From an uncultured delta proteobacterium (GTDB lineage Bacteria; Myxococcota_A; Polyangia; Polyangiales; Polyangiaceae): DNA of 64,000 bases. The stretch is from assembly GCA_963716725.1 (NCBI GenBank), contig CAVQUB010000010.1, positions 96,001 through 160,000 on the forward strand, given 5' to 3'. Shown here piece after piece: positions 17,837 through 31,276 of the stretch. A program made the translations under genes and the position numbers. Position 1 is the first letter of the stretch. Every line of letters starts with the position of its first letter. The notes beneath the pieces are model-generated. The model did not search any database and was not told where the DNA came from. It worked only from the letters and a program-made list of their open reading frames with translations.

Positions 17837-19204
17837 TCAGTGGTCGTCCCCGTGCGCATGCGCGGAGGGGTGGAAGGCCTTCACCTCGCTCATGGCGACC
17901 ATGGGCAGGTAACGGCAGAACAGGAGGAACAGGGTGAAGAAGAGGCCGAAGCTGCCAGCCAGCAGCGAGAAGTCCCAGAAGGTGGGCTTGTAGTAGCCCC
18001 AGCTCGACGGCAGGAAGTCCCGCGAGAGGCTGGTGATCACGATCACGAAGCGCTCGAACCACATGCCGATGTTCACGAGCACGCCCACCACCAAGATGAC
18101 CCAGGGGTTGGTGCGCATCTTCTTGGACCAGAACACCTGGGGCGTGACCACGTTGCAGAAGATCATGCACCAGTACGACCAGGCATAGGGACCGAGCGCC
18201 CGGTTGAAGAAGGTGAACATCTCGTAGTCGTTGCCGCTGTACCAAGCGGTGAAGAACTCCATCGAGTAGGCGTAGCCAACCATCATGCCCGTCGCGAGGA
18301 TGATCTTGGCCATCAGCTCGAGATGCCCGATGGTGATGATGCGCTTGAGCCCGAAGAACTGACGCGCCGGGACGGCGAGGGTCACGACCATGGCGAAGCC
18401 GCCGAAGATGGCGCCGGCCACGAAGTAGGGCGGGAAGATGGTGGCGTGCCAGCCGGGCAGCTGCGCCGTGGCGAAGTCGAATGAAACGACCGAGTGCACG
18501 CTGAGCACCAGCGGCGTGGCGAGTGCGGCCAGGATCAAGTACGCGCGCTCGTAGCGGTGCCACTGGCGGCTCGATCCACGCCAGCCCATGGCCAGGATGC
18601 CATAGGCGATCTTGCGACCCTTGGTCGTCGAGCGGTCGCGGAAGGTCCCAAAGTCCGGGATCATGCCCATGTACCAGAACAGGGTGGACACCGTGAAATA
18701 GGTGCCGACCGCGAACACGTCCCACTCGAGTGGGCTCCTGAACTGCGGCCACATGCTCATCTGGTTCGGCAGCGGAAACATCCAGTAGGGCAGCCAGGGC
18801 CGGCCGACGTGCAGTCCCGGGAAGATGCCGGCGCAGATGACCGCGAAGATGGTCATGGCCTCGGCGAAGCGGTTGATGGCGGTGCGCCAGTTCTGACGCA
18901 GCAGATACAGGATGGCGCTGATCAGCGTTCCGGCGTGGCCGATGCCGACCCAGAACACGAAGTTCACGATCGGCATGGCCCAGAACACTGGGTTCATGTT
19001 GCCGAAGATGCCGATGCCCGACCACATCAGCCAGCCGATGCTCACGCCGAAGATGGAGAGCAGCGTGAGGGCGATGCCGAAGGCGATGTACCAGCCGCGG
19101 GGCGGCCTTTGCACCTCGGCGACGCGGGCGACGTTGTGGGTGATCTTCGCGAACGCGTTCTCACCTTGCGGCGGGGCGTCGAAGGGATTGACGGCGATGG
19201 CCAT
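17837..19204 (-). CDS. actC: ACIII subunit ActC (NrfD/PsrC family)
   Basis: [55 protein letters not shown]. Confidence 0.95.
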   Translation of the reverse strand: MAIAVNPFDAPPQGENAFAKITHNVARVAEVQRPPRGWYIAFGIALTLLSIFGVSIGWLMWSGIGIFGNMNPVFWAMPIVNFVFWVGIGHAGTLISAILYLLRQNWRTAINRFAEAMTIFAVICAGIFPGLHVGRPWLPYWMFPLPNQMSMWPQFRSPLEWDVFAVGTYFTVSTLFWYMGMIPDFGTFRDRSTTKGRKIAYGILAMGWRGSSRQWHRYERAYLILAALATPLVLSVHSVVSFDFATAQLPGWHATIFPPYFVAGAIFGGFAMVVTLAVPARQFFGLKRIITIGHLELMAKIILATGMMVGYAYSMEFFTAWYSGNDYEMFTFFNRALGPYAWSYWCMIFCNVVTPQVFWSKKMRTNPWVILVVGVLVNIGMWFERFVIVITSLSRDFLPSSWGYYKPTFWDFSLLAGSFGLFFTLFLLFCRYLPMVAMSEVKAFHPSAHAHGDDH

Positions 19205-19207
19205 GGC

Positions 19208-22255
<3,048 letters not shown>

Positions 22256-22268
<13 letters not shown>

Positions 22269-22900
22269 GCTGAGCAATCCTCGGGAGGGTTGATGTTGTT
22301 CGCCTTCTTGAACTCGGCGCCGAAGGTCGGGCTGGGCGCTTGCCAGCTCATGTTGGTCGCCTCCGCAGGCGGCCGGAGGTGCGGAGCGGGGTTGCGGTGA
22401 CACTCGAGGCACCAGCCCATGCTGAGCGGCTCGACCTGGGAAACCTCTGCCATCCGATCGACCCGCCCGTGACAGCTCACGCAGCCGATGCCGCGGGTCA
22501 CGTGCGCGCTGTGGTCGAAATAGACGTAGTCCGGCATGTCGTGGACCTTCACCCACTCCACCGGCTTGCCCGTCTCGAAGCTCTGGCGGATGAGCTCGAG
22601 TTTGTCGCTCTTGCCCCGGACGCGAGCGTGACAGTTCATGCACGTCTCGGTCGGCGGCGTGGCGGCGTGCGCCGCCCGATCGACGGTGTTGTGGCAGTAG
22701 CGGCAGTCGATGCCGAGCTCGCCGGCGTGCAGCGCGTGGCTGTACGCGACCGGTTGCTTCGGCTGATACCCGACGTCGGTGGTCTTTGGGGAGAACCCGT
22801 ACCAGACCAGTGCGGTCAGGTAGACCGGGGCGACGCCGAGCGCGACGCCGGCGAGCTGCCGGGTCTTATTGGCCCATCGCGGGAACGTGAATGAATTCAT
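22256..22900 (-). CDS. actA: ACIII subunit ActA (pentaheme cytochrome c)
   Basis: One TM helix, QPVAYSHALHAG, five CxxCH (CRYCH, CMNCH, CVSCH, CLECH, CSACH); ATG at 22900. Confidence 0.95.
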
Positions 22901-23145
22901 CGGTTCGACCCTGAGCTGGGTCGTCCGGCGTGCGTGGCGCACGGCACCGGACGAGGAGGTGATCGGGGCGCCCCCCGGTAGCACGAGGCGGGGATGGAAG
23001 GCGACAGAAGAGACGCACCTTTGCCGACGAAATGACGGACGTCTGTCGCATGCGAGCGCGAGACCCCCCAAGTCGTCACGGCCCGCCCACGCCGCGCGGC
23101 GAGGTTATGCGAGAGTCCCCTCGGGTTGTAAAGCTAGAAATCCAC

Positions 23146-23790
23146 CTAGTCGGCCAGCGATCGCAGCCGGCCGAGGTCCGAGACGCGTACGGTCCGGCCG
23201 CGCGATAGCGCGCCGGCCTCGCGCAAATCAGCGAGGGCCCGGGACAGCGTCTCGGGGCGCATGCCGAGCATGCCTGCCAGCACCCGGTGTGGGGTTTCGA
23301 GGGTCTCTCCGCCGTCCTCCGCTTCGGAGTGTTGCAGCAGAAAGCGCGCCACACGCCGGACCGCGGACCCCTGCAGCGCCTGGCGCTCTCCCACGCGTCG
23401 CGCGGCTTCTTCGAGCGAGTAGACGAGCGCTGCGCCCGCCGGGGTGTTGCGCGAGCCAATCCACGCCTCTGCAGCTGCTCGATCGAGGGTGCAGTACGCG
23501 ACGTCGGTCAGCGCCCACACTTGATAGGGCATCGGCTGATTGAGGAGCAGCTCGAGGCCCAGCATGCTGTCCGGGCCGCGAACCGCGCACGAGACCTCGG
23601 CTCCCGACGCCGCCGTCGAGCTGAGCACGACCTGCCCTCGGCGAAGGTAGAGCGCGGCGTCGGGGGTCACCCCCTGTTGCAGCAGCACACTTCCGGACGC
23701 GCGCCGGGTGTCCCTGAAGGGACAATCGTGCACTCCCGAGCGTAGAACGAGAGCGCAGGTTTGACATCTGACCGGCAACGAGGCGTTCAT
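23146..23790 (-). CDS. Crp/Fnr-family regulator with FNR-like cysteine set
   Basis: CQTC-x10-C N-terminus, internal ALTDVAYC, HTH LAGMLGMRPETLSRAL. Confidence 0.88.
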   Translation of the reverse strand: MNASLPVRCQTCALVLRSGVHDCPFRDTRRASGSVLLQQGVTPDAALYLRRGQVVLSSTAASGAEVSCAVRGPDSMLGLELLLNQPMPYQVWALTDVAYCTLDRAAAEAWIGSRNTPAGAALVYSLEEAARRVGERQALQGSAVRRVARFLLQHSEAEDGGETLETPHRVLAGMLGMRPETLSRALADLREAGALSRGRTVRVSDLGRLRSLAD

Positions 23791-23820
23791 TGGGGAGCCG
23801 CTGCACTCGATTGTTGCACA

Positions 23821-23836
23821 ATTGACGATGGTCAAT
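23821..23836. promoter_or_regulatory. FNR-type binding site
   Basis: ATTGAC-GATG-GTCAAT, a perfect-arm palindrome with a 4-nt spacer between the divergent fnr-like and lipoprotein genes. Confidence 0.75.
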
Positions 23837-23871
23837 GCCAGCGGCTTCGACTTTGGCAGAAGGAAGCACTC

Positions 23872-24045
23872 ATGCGCTGGTTATTCCTGGTTTTGTTGGT
23901 AGCGGCCGCCTGCGACAAGCCGGCGCAATCGCCGAAGGGAGGGGGAAAGGCTTCCCCCAAGCCCCAGCCGTCCGCTTCGGCGGGGGCTGAAGACGACGGC
24001 ATCGTCCCGCCCCCGGACAAGCCAGGGTACGAAAAGCCCGAGTAG
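23872..24045 (+). CDS. Small lipoprotein (57 aa)
   Basis: AGGAAG SD; MRWLFLVLLVAAA-C lipobox; low-complexity mature part. Confidence 0.7.
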   Translation: MRWLFLVLLVAAACDKPAQSPKGGGKASPKPQPSASAGAEDDGIVPPPDKPGYEKPE

Positions 24046-24079
24046 GAAGGGCGCGTGGGGGCGTGCTAGCGGTCGACCC

Positions 24080-25477
24080 GTGCGAGCGCTGTTGCTCAGG
24101 CCCCGGGCGCGGGAGCGCTTCGGTCTTGGTCCGTTCTTTCGGGTGGAGCCCCTCGGGCTCGAGTACCTCGCGGCTGCGCTGATCCAGGAGGGACACGAGG
24201 TCGAGATCCGTGACCTCCGCTTGTCGCGCTCGCTGGGGTCCGCGCGCCCCGACTGGGTGGGCATCTCCTGCATCCACACCATCGACCTGCCCGAGACGCT
24301 CGAGTTGGCCCGGCGGGTGAAGCGGCGGTGGCCGGGGATCTTCGTGTCCGTCGGCGGTCACGCCGCGAGCTCGGATCCTGAAGCGCTCGCGGTGCCGGAG
24401 GTGGACGCGGTCGCGTTGGGCGCCGGCGAGCGAAGCGTGTGCCGCTTGGTGGCGGCGCTGAGTCGTGGTGACTCTCCGGCGGGGATCCCGGGGATCTGGG
24501 TCCGCGGGAGGGATCTGGTGCGCGGGGGCGAGGATCCTGATGGAGCCGATCCAGCCCTGCTGCCTGCCCGCAAGCTCGTGGCGAGGTACCGATCGAAGTA
24601 TCGATGTGTGCACCGCTCGCCGATCTGGGCGCTGGAGACCGGACGCGGCTGCCCCTTTCGTTGCTCGTTCTGCGCCGTCGGGCGTAGCGACGGGTATCGC
24701 GCGCGCGACATCGACGCGGTGGCTCGTGACTTCGCTGAGGTCGGCGACGACGTCTTCGTCATCGACGACCTGTTCTTCTACCCTCGGGAGCGCAGCCGCG
24801 AAATTGCCAGGAGGCTAGCGACTGGCGACCTGAAGAAGCGCTGGATTCTGGCCCAGACCCGGGCGGACACAGTCGTGAGGAGTACCGAGTTGCTCGAAGC
24901 TTGGCGCCCGCGCGCCGAGCGATTCGACCTGTTCTTTGGCTTCGAGGCCGCCACCGATCGAGCTCTCGCGGCGCTCGGGAAGGACGCGACCGTGAGCGAC
25001 ACCGAGGAAGCGGTGCGCATCTGCCGAGAGCTGGGCTTCGGTGTCACCGGCAACTTCGTGGTCGACCCGGACTGGAGTGAGAGCGACTTCGAAGATCTAT
25101 GGGCACTCCTCGATCGCGTGCGCCTCGACCGCGTCGGCTTCACGGTGCTCACCCCGCTGCCCGGCACGGACTACTACGAGCAGCAGCGTGCGAGGGTTGC
25201 CGAGAAGGACTTCTCGCGCTTCGACATGCACCACCTGCTCTGGGAGCCGCGCCTCGGCCGCAGGCGCTTCTACGAGCTGATGGTCGAGAGCTGGAAGCGC
25301 AACGTGCTGTCGAGCGGCAATGCGTCGCGGCGTTGGCTGAAGTGGTTTCGCGGCATCGGCGTGAAGGAGGCCCTCGCATTGGCGGGTGTCCTCTATCGGA
25401 CGCAGCGGCTCATGAACGTCGATGCCTACATGGACGATACCTTTCCCCTCGAGTTGCCCGCGCTGCTGTCCGAGTAG
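24080..25477 (+). CDS. Cobalamin-binding radical SAM enzyme (class B methylase-like; HpnR-like N-terminus)
   Basis: EPLGLEYLAA, VGGHAAS, GAGE (B12 domain); GRGCPFRCSFC; LTPLPGT. Confidence 0.88.
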   Translation: MRALLLRPRARERFGLGPFFRVEPLGLEYLAAALIQEGHEVEIRDLRLSRSLGSARPDWVGISCIHTIDLPETLELARRVKRRWPGIFVSVGGHAASSDPEALAVPEVDAVALGAGERSVCRLVAALSRGDSPAGIPGIWVRGRDLVRGGEDPDGADPALLPARKLVARYRSKYRCVHRSPIWALETGRGCPFRCSFCAVGRSDGYRARDIDAVARDFAEVGDDVFVIDDLFFYPRERSREIARRLATGDLKKRWILAQTRADTVVRSTELLEAWRPRAERFDLFFGFEAATDRALAALGKDATVSDTEEAVRICRELGFGVTGNFVVDPDWSESDFEDLWALLDRVRLDRVGFTVLTPLPGTDYYEQQRARVAEKDFSRFDMHHLLWEPRLGRRRFYELMVESWKRNVLSSGNASRRWLKWFRGIGVKEALALAGVLYRTQRLMNVDAYMDDTFPLELPALLSE

Positions 25478-25502
25478 ACGCGCGTCGGATAGGCTCACCG
25501 CC

Positions 25503-26534
25503 ATGGTGCGCTTCGCGAAGACCCTCTCGCCCTCGGCCTTGCTGCTCGTCGCCGTCGCCGCGTGTGATGCCCCGTCGAGCTCGCCGTCGCCCTCGACCTC
25601 CCCGCCTACGCCGTCGCCGCCGGTGGCAGTGGCCGCTCCGCCGGCGGCGAGCGCGTCCGCTCCGCCGGCAGAGAGCGCGGATCCGAAGGCCAAGCCGCCT
25701 CGGGAGCGACCGGGGCTCGCGGGCATGATGCTCGGGGCGGCCGCGGATTTGGTCGCGGGCGCGGAGCAGCGGGCTGCCATCGACTCGCTTGGCGACCAGC
25801 TCGACCGGGCCGCTCCCGCGGAGCTCGAGGCGCGCAAGGCCCTCCGCGCGGCGATGGTGGAGGCCGTGAAGACCGGAAAGGTCGAGATGTCGAAGCTCGA
25901 GCCCGCGCTCGTGCGGCTCGACAAAGCTGCCGTGGCGAACCAACAGCTCGAAGCCACGGTGCTGGACGCGCTCCACGCAAAGCTCGACGCCGCGCAGCGC
26001 AAGGCGCTGGTCGAGGTGGTCGGCAAGCGGCAGGCCGACCGCGACGCGCGCGTCGAAAAACGGGCGCAGCCCCCGGCGGCTGACTCCCTCGAGGATCCAG
26101 CGCGGGTGAAGCGTCGGGTCGAGCGTCTGTCAGGCGAGATCGGGCTCGACGCCGATCAGCGGAGACGGGTCGAGCCGATCCTGGCGAAGCAGGACGATGA
26201 AGTCTCCGCAGCGAAAGACACGCATGCGGCGACGAAGAAGCGCACCGCGGCCGTGCTCGCGGCCTTCGTCAAGGACACCTTCGATGCGTCGAAGTTCGAC
26301 CTCGGCGTGGAGCTGAAGCGGCACCGCGCCGGGACCCAGAAGAAGGTCGATACCTTGAACGCTCTCCTCGGCGTGATCGATCCGGAGCAGCGCGATGAAC
26401 TCGCCGCGACCCTCGACGATGCTCGGAGGAGCCCGCCCGGCCAGGGCTCGGTTGGCCAGTGGACCGGGCGGATGATGCGCTCGCCGCGGAGCGGGCCCCG
26501 GGGCGTCGGCGAGATCGCCGGACAGATCGACTGA
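25503..26534 (+). CDS. Helical periplasmic lipoprotein (Spy/CpxP-like pattern)
   Basis: LVAVAA-C lipobox, Pro/Ser linker, LDAAQR/LDADQR/IDPEQR repeats. Confidence 0.6.
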   Translation: MVRFAKTLSPSALLLVAVAACDAPSSSPSPSTSPPTPSPPVAVAAPPAASASAPPAESADPKAKPPRERPGLAGMMLGAAADLVAGAEQRAAIDSLGDQLDRAAPAELEARKALRAAMVEAVKTGKVEMSKLEPALVRLDKAAVANQQLEATVLDALHAKLDAAQRKALVEVVGKRQADRDARVEKRAQPPAADSLEDPARVKRRVERLSGEIGLDADQRRRVEPILAKQDDEVSAAKDTHAATKKRTAAVLAAFVKDTFDASKFDLGVELKRHRAGTQKKVDTLNALLGVIDPEQRDELAATLDDARRSPPGQGSVGQWTGRMMRSPRSGPRGVGEIAGQID

Positions 26535-26554
26535 AGGACGTGCCGCCCTGGCGG

Positions 26555-27920
26555 CTACCAGTTGTCCCGCATCTGCTTGCGGATCTTGCCAATAGCTTGC
26601 TCTTGCAGCTGTCGGATGCGTTCGCGCGACAGATTGTACTTGTCGCCGATCTCCTTGAGCGTGAGCTCGTCCTCGTTGTCGAGGCCGAAGCGCCAGCGAA
26701 TGATGCGGCTCTCGATCAGGGTGAGCGTTCCGAGCAGACGGCGGACCTCTGCGGCCCACTTCTGGTTGGCCAGGCTGTCGTAAGGCGAGAGGTTGTTCTC
26801 TTCGACCAAGAAGTCGATGAACCGGCGCCCGTCTTCGTCCCCGACCGGGCGGTCCAGAGAGAAAGGCGTGTCCGCGTACAGGTCGCGCACCTTGTCCAGC
26901 TTGTCCTTGGGGATGCCGGTCTCCTTCTCCAGCTCTTCCGGCGTCGGCTCGCGACCCGTGCGCGCGATGATGGTCTGCGTTGCCCGGGACACGCGGTTGT
27001 AGGTGTCGAGCATGTGCACCGGGATGCGGACCGCGCGACCCTTGTCGGCCAGCGCGCGGCTGATGGCGTGGCGGATCCACCACGATGCGTAGGTGCTGAA
27101 TCGATAGCCGCGCGAGTGGTCGAAGCGCTCCACCGCCTTCATCAGGCCGATGTTGCCCTCTTGGATCAGAATCGATCAGCGGCAGGCGGCCGCGGTTGTA
27201 GCGCCGCGCGATGCTCACCACCAAGCGTAGGTTCGCCTTCACGAAGCGGTTCTTCGCCTCGCGCTGTTCGTTGTCGGTGCCCTTCACCCGATCGATGAAG
27301 CGCTTGTAGGCAGCCGACTCCGGGAGCACCGGTCGCGCGAGGTCTTCGGTCGGCAGTTCGACCACCTCGCGCGCCACGCGGTTCGCGTTGGCCATCCAGA
27401 TCCGATCGGAGTCCGCCAGGCGGATGTCGCGCCCCAGAGACTCGCAGAGCTCGGCCCAGCGCTTTTGCTGCGGCGCCAGGAACTTGGAGCGCTGCTTCTT
27501 GTGCAGCTTGAGCAGCTTGCGCAGCTCCTCCCGCTGCGTAGCTTGCGGTCGCTCCTCTTCCGACACCGTCGCGATGTCCGCGTCGAGTTGGTCCAGGACC
27601 AGATCGGCGCAGGGCGGATATGCGAGCAAAGCGATCCAGTGCTCGACCTCGGCGCGTTCCACTCGCTGTGCGGTCTGCAGCTCTTCGTCGGGACCCATCA
27701 CCTGGTGGGTCGCCATCTCCCGAAAGTAGCGGGAGAGCATCGAGTCGGTGGAGCCGTCTTCGGCTTTGGATGCGGCCTTGGCGGGGGCCTCGGGCGCGGT
27801 ACGACGCTCACTCTCCGGCGATTCCTCCGGCATGATGGATGAACGTGCACGCACGTCGGTTTGTTCGTCGAACTCGTCGACGTCAGCGGCTTCGGTGGCG
27901 GTAGCGCGATTTTGGGCCAT
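26555..27920 (-). CDS. Sigma-70 family (RpoD/RpoS-like) sigma factor; one extra base near 27170, probably sequencing error
   Basis: Region 1.2 [24 protein letters not shown]; after the shift [31 protein letters not shown]; region 4 TLKEIG...SRERIRQ; GAGGA SD before ATG 27920 (alternative start 28088). Confidence 0.92.
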
Positions 27921-28247
27921 AGCGGTCCTCGGGTCGGGCGGGCGGCGACCGGGGAGGGGGAACCCCGGGCGCGGGGGAGCGGGCTTAGCGGCGGCTTCGG
28001 ACACGGTCGGTGGGGAGGGTTCGGCCGTGTCGGAGAATTGGTGGCTGGACTGCGGACGGATTCGTTTCAGTTTCACTGCAATGTCCATGCCCGTTGGTGG
28101 ACGGTTCCTGCGACGTGGGGGCTGGGTCTCCAGGCATTCGTTGATTGGTTCGCTGAGGCGACTTGAAACATTCGATGCAAGGCTGGGGCCGCTGGTGACG
28201 GGGCACGCGGTTCGGAGTAGTCGCTGCTCTCAGTAACTACGGACGAG

Positions 28248-29918
28248 ATGCCAAAAGCGATCCGCAGAAAGTCGAACACCGCGAAAATTCGCGGGTTCGC
28301 GGCCCAGATTTGGAGCGAAGTTCCGTCGCGACGCTCCCGCGGGCTCGCGCTGGGCGCGAGCTTGGCGTTGTCGGGCGTAGGGCACGGAGCCCTGGCGTTT
28401 GCGGCCGGATTGCTGACCCGATCACTGGCGCAGCCGCCAGGTGCCGGGAGCGAGGGGGTCGGACTGCTGGGAGTCTGTTATGTCGGGCTTGCGGCGGCGT
28501 GTGTCAAGGCCGCGGGGTCTACGCTCCTTGCGTACCTTCAGGCAAGAACCGCGGGTGACATCGGCCTCGGCTGGAGGAGGCGCTTCGTGGAGCGGTGGAG
28601 CGAGCACGGCCTGCCGGACGCAGCGCCCCGGGTCCTGGCAGTCGTCGCGGTACGCCTCGCCGAGCTCGAAGCCGCTGTCGTACATGGTGCGCTGGCCAGC
28701 GCGCGGGCGTTGGCACAGCTCCTCCCGATCGTGTTGGGTCTGATCTTCGTGTCACCCCTGCTCGCAGGAGTTGGCACCCTCGTGCTCGTGCCATTTTCGC
28801 TCGGGCTTGCCGCAGTGCGCCGAAAATTCCGGCGAGCAAACGAGCGAGCTCAGGCACGCGCGGTCGAGCTGCACGAGGGAGTCGACGTGCTGGTGAACCA
28901 CCTCGACCTCTGGCGGACTTTCGGTGCAACGCGGCGAGTCAGCACCGCGATAGCGAGTACCGGTGCGCTGGCCGTGGCTTCTGCGTCGAAGGTCGAGGCA
29001 TCTCGCGCCCTGCTGTCGGGAGCCAATGAGGTGCTGGGCGCCTTCGCGCTCGTCGGAGCCGTCACGCTCGCCCAGCGCGCCGGCGCGTCCCTGGGCGACG
29101 GCAACTTGGTGGCGTTCGCCGCAATCTGTTTCATGGCATATCGGCCAATGCGCGACCTGGGCGACGCGCGCGGTTGGGTCGAGCGCGGTCGCGCTGCCCA
29201 CGTCGCGCTGGGCGGCGTGATGACGGAAGCGCGAGGCAGTCTGCCCAGCGCCCGAGGCGCAGAGATCTGGGCCCGGCGTCGAGGTGCACTCGAGCTCGTC
29301 GACTTGGGGGCGCGAGACCGCGGCCCGCGAACTTCGACGACGCTTCACTTTGGCGCCACGCTCGCAGTGCTGGGCGCCAACGGATCAGGAAAGACCACGC
29401 TGCTTCGGACTCTGCTCGGGCTCGAGCCGGCGGTCGGTGCGCTGGCCTACGATGGGGTCCAGCTCGCGGAGCGTGGCGTGGGCCCCGACGCGCGCCCCTT
29501 CGCCTGGGTGCCGCAGGAGGCGCCGCTCGTCGCCGGCACCCTCCTCGACAACGTGGCGCTGGCCTGCGGTGACGAAGCCCGCGCGCGGCTGGCGCTGGCG
29601 GAGCTTGGAGCCGAACGCCTCCTGGCCCGAGCGAACGAGCGCGTGGGACCCGGCGGCTCCGCGCTCTCGGGTGGCGAACGGCGTCTTGTGGCCATGGCCC
29701 GTGCCTTGGCCACCGACCTGCCGGTCATCCTCATGGACGAACCGACGGAAGGACTCGACGATCGGAGCCGCGCGCGGGTACTCGCGGCCATCTCTGCGCT
29801 GTCGACGACGCGTACGGTCGTCTTGGTCACGCACCACGCCGACGTCGCGGCGCTTGCCGACCGCGTGATTTCTCTCGATTTCGTCCCAGCAGTCTTGGAT
29901 CTCGCCGCCGCCGAATGA
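28248..29918 (+). CDS. ABC exporter, fused permease and ATPase (MsbA-like)
   Basis: TM domain, then GANGSGKT, LSGGE, ILMDEPT, VTH; start uncertain. Confidence 0.85.
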   Translation: MPKAIRRKSNTAKIRGFAAQIWSEVPSRRSRGLALGASLALSGVGHGALAFAAGLLTRSLAQPPGAGSEGVGLLGVCYVGLAAACVKAAGSTLLAYLQARTAGDIGLGWRRRFVERWSEHGLPDAAPRVLAVVAVRLAELEAAVVHGALASARALAQLLPIVLGLIFVSPLLAGVGTLVLVPFSLGLAAVRRKFRRANERAQARAVELHEGVDVLVNHLDLWRTFGATRRVSTAIASTGALAVASASKVEASRALLSGANEVLGAFALVGAVTLAQRAGASLGDGNLVAFAAICFMAYRPMRDLGDARGWVERGRAAHVALGGVMTEARGSLPSARGAEIWARRRGALELVDLGARDRGPRTSTTLHFGATLAVLGANGSGKTTLLRTLLGLEPAVGALAYDGVQLAERGVGPDARPFAWVPQEAPLVAGTLLDNVALACGDEARARLALAELGAERLLARANERVGPGGSALSGGERRLVAMARALATDLPVILMDEPTEGLDDRSRARVLAAISALSTTRTVVLVTHHADVAALADRVISLDFVPAVLDLAAAE

Positions 29919-29966
29919 GCGGAGGAATGCGCCCCCGGACCTCCGGCGTTGCACGAGAGAAGGCCC

Positions 29967-31055
29967 ATGGACCGGCGGAGCGCCCTCGCGTCGATGCTCA
30001 CGCTCGCGCTCGACCCTCGCAGCGCCGGGGCCAGGAGCGCCTCGCGGGAGCTGACTCGGCGCTTTCCGGGGCTCGCGGGGCTGCCGTGGCTCGATTTGGC
30101 TCGATTCCCGACTCCGCTCGAAGAGTCGCCCGCGCTCGCTCGTGCGCTCGGTGTCGGACGGTTGTTGATCAAGCGCGACGACCGCGCGGGGGCCACCTAC
30201 GGCGGCAGCAAGCTCCGAAAGCTCGAGCTGTTGCTCGGAGACGCCGAAGCACGCGGGCATCGCGCCGTCGCGGCGGTGGGCGGCGTCGGGTCGAATCAAA
30301 CGCTCGCTACGGCTGTGTTTGCCAAGCAGCGCGGACTCCGCGCCCACCTGTATCTGCTCGCTGAGCGACCCAGTGCCGGCGTGCGCGAGCATCTGCTGGC
30401 GCAGGCGGCGCTCGGTGCTCAGCAACAGCTGGTGGGCGCCGAATCCCAGGCGGTGCGCGCCATCGCCCGGCTGCCAGGTCGACCCTACTCGATCCCGATG
30501 GGCGGCAGTTCGCCCCTGGGCAACGTTGGCTTCGTCGAAGCGGGACTCGAACTCGCGCGGCAGGTGCAGGCGGACGTCGTCTACATGCCTCTCGGCACTG
30601 GCGGCAGCGCCGTGGGCCTGGCGCTGGGGCTCCAGGTGGCGGGAGCCGCCACCCACGTGGTGGCGGTGCGCACTGCGAGCATGCGCTACGCCTCGCCGTC
30701 GCTGATCCGCAGGAGCACCCGGGACATCAGCTCGGTGCTGCTCGCGCGGGATGCGCAGTTTCCAGCGCACGACCGCCTGCCGCACCTGGGGGTGCGCGAC
30801 GGCTTCGTGGGCAAGGGCTACGCGGAGCCGACCGAGGCTGGGCGCCGCATGCGCACCCTGGCCCGCGACGTGGCCGGGCTCGAACTCGATCTGACCTATT
30901 CGGCGAAAGCCATGGCCGCGCTCCGAGCAGACGCCGCGAAGCTGTGGGACAAGACGGTGGTGTTCTGGCTCAGCTACGACCCGCGTCGCGTCGACGCGGC
31001 GGGCGTCGGTCCCGGCGATCTGCCGCGCGCGCTGCGCGGTTACGTTCACGGCTAG
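29967..31055 (+). CDS. PLP enzyme of the D-cysteine desulfhydrase / ACC deaminase family
   Basis: FPTPLE, IKRDD, GGSKLRKLE, GSNQ, IPMGGS, LGTGGS, LDLTYSAKA. Confidence 0.88.
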   Translation: MDRRSALASMLTLALDPRSAGARSASRELTRRFPGLAGLPWLDLARFPTPLEESPALARALGVGRLLIKRDDRAGATYGGSKLRKLELLLGDAEARGHRAVAAVGGVGSNQTLATAVFAKQRGLRAHLYLLAERPSAGVREHLLAQAALGAQQQLVGAESQAVRAIARLPGRPYSIPMGGSSPLGNVGFVEAGLELARQVQADVVYMPLGTGGSAVGLALGLQVAGAATHVVAVRTASMRYASPSLIRRSTRDISSVLLARDAQFPAHDRLPHLGVRDGFVGKGYAEPTEAGRRMRTLARDVAGLELDLTYSAKAMAALRADAAKLWDKTVVFWLSYDPRRVDAAGVGPGDLPRALRGYVHG

Positions 31056-31095
31056 CGTGTCATGGCGGCGCGCAGCGGCGGCCGGAACGTGCTCT

Positions 31096-31174
31096 GACGT
31101 GGTCGATGTCGCTGTGGGCGCCAAACGCCACCGCGCAACAGGCTGCGACGTGGTGAATGTCGCGGTGGGCGCCA
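31096..31174. repeat. Two 28-bp direct repeats (25/28 identical) with a 23-bp spacer
   Basis: GACGTGGTcgATGTCGCtGTGGGCGCCA at 31096 and GACGTGGTgaATGTCGCgGTGGGCGCCA at 31147. Confidence 0.8.
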
Positions 31175-31216
31175 CGAACGAGCAGACGCGCTCGAAACCA
31201 AAAATTTCTGCGCTGT

Positions 31217-31276
31217 GTTCTCGGCGTTCTCGGCGTTCTCCGCGACTTCGTTCTCCGAGCGAATCGCGTTCTCCGC
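31217..31276. repeat. Five copies of a GTTCTC-cored 9-mer, the first three in tandem
   Basis: Copies at 31217, 31226, 31235, 31250 and 31268 in the gap between convergent genes. Confidence 0.8.

Noticed and set aside
27921..28088. Longer sigma-factor N-terminus from ATG 28088
   Set aside because: Pro-rich low-complexity translation without an SD; ATG 27920 has GAGGA at normal spacing. Not fully excluded.
29967..31055. True ACC deaminase (acdS)
   Set aside because: Has DLTYSAK rather than the DPVYEGK Glu diagnostic of ACC deaminases.
31096..31174. Possible mini-CRISPR (28-bp repeats)
   Set aside because: Only two imperfect copies, a short 23-bp spacer, and no cas genes or AT-rich leader.
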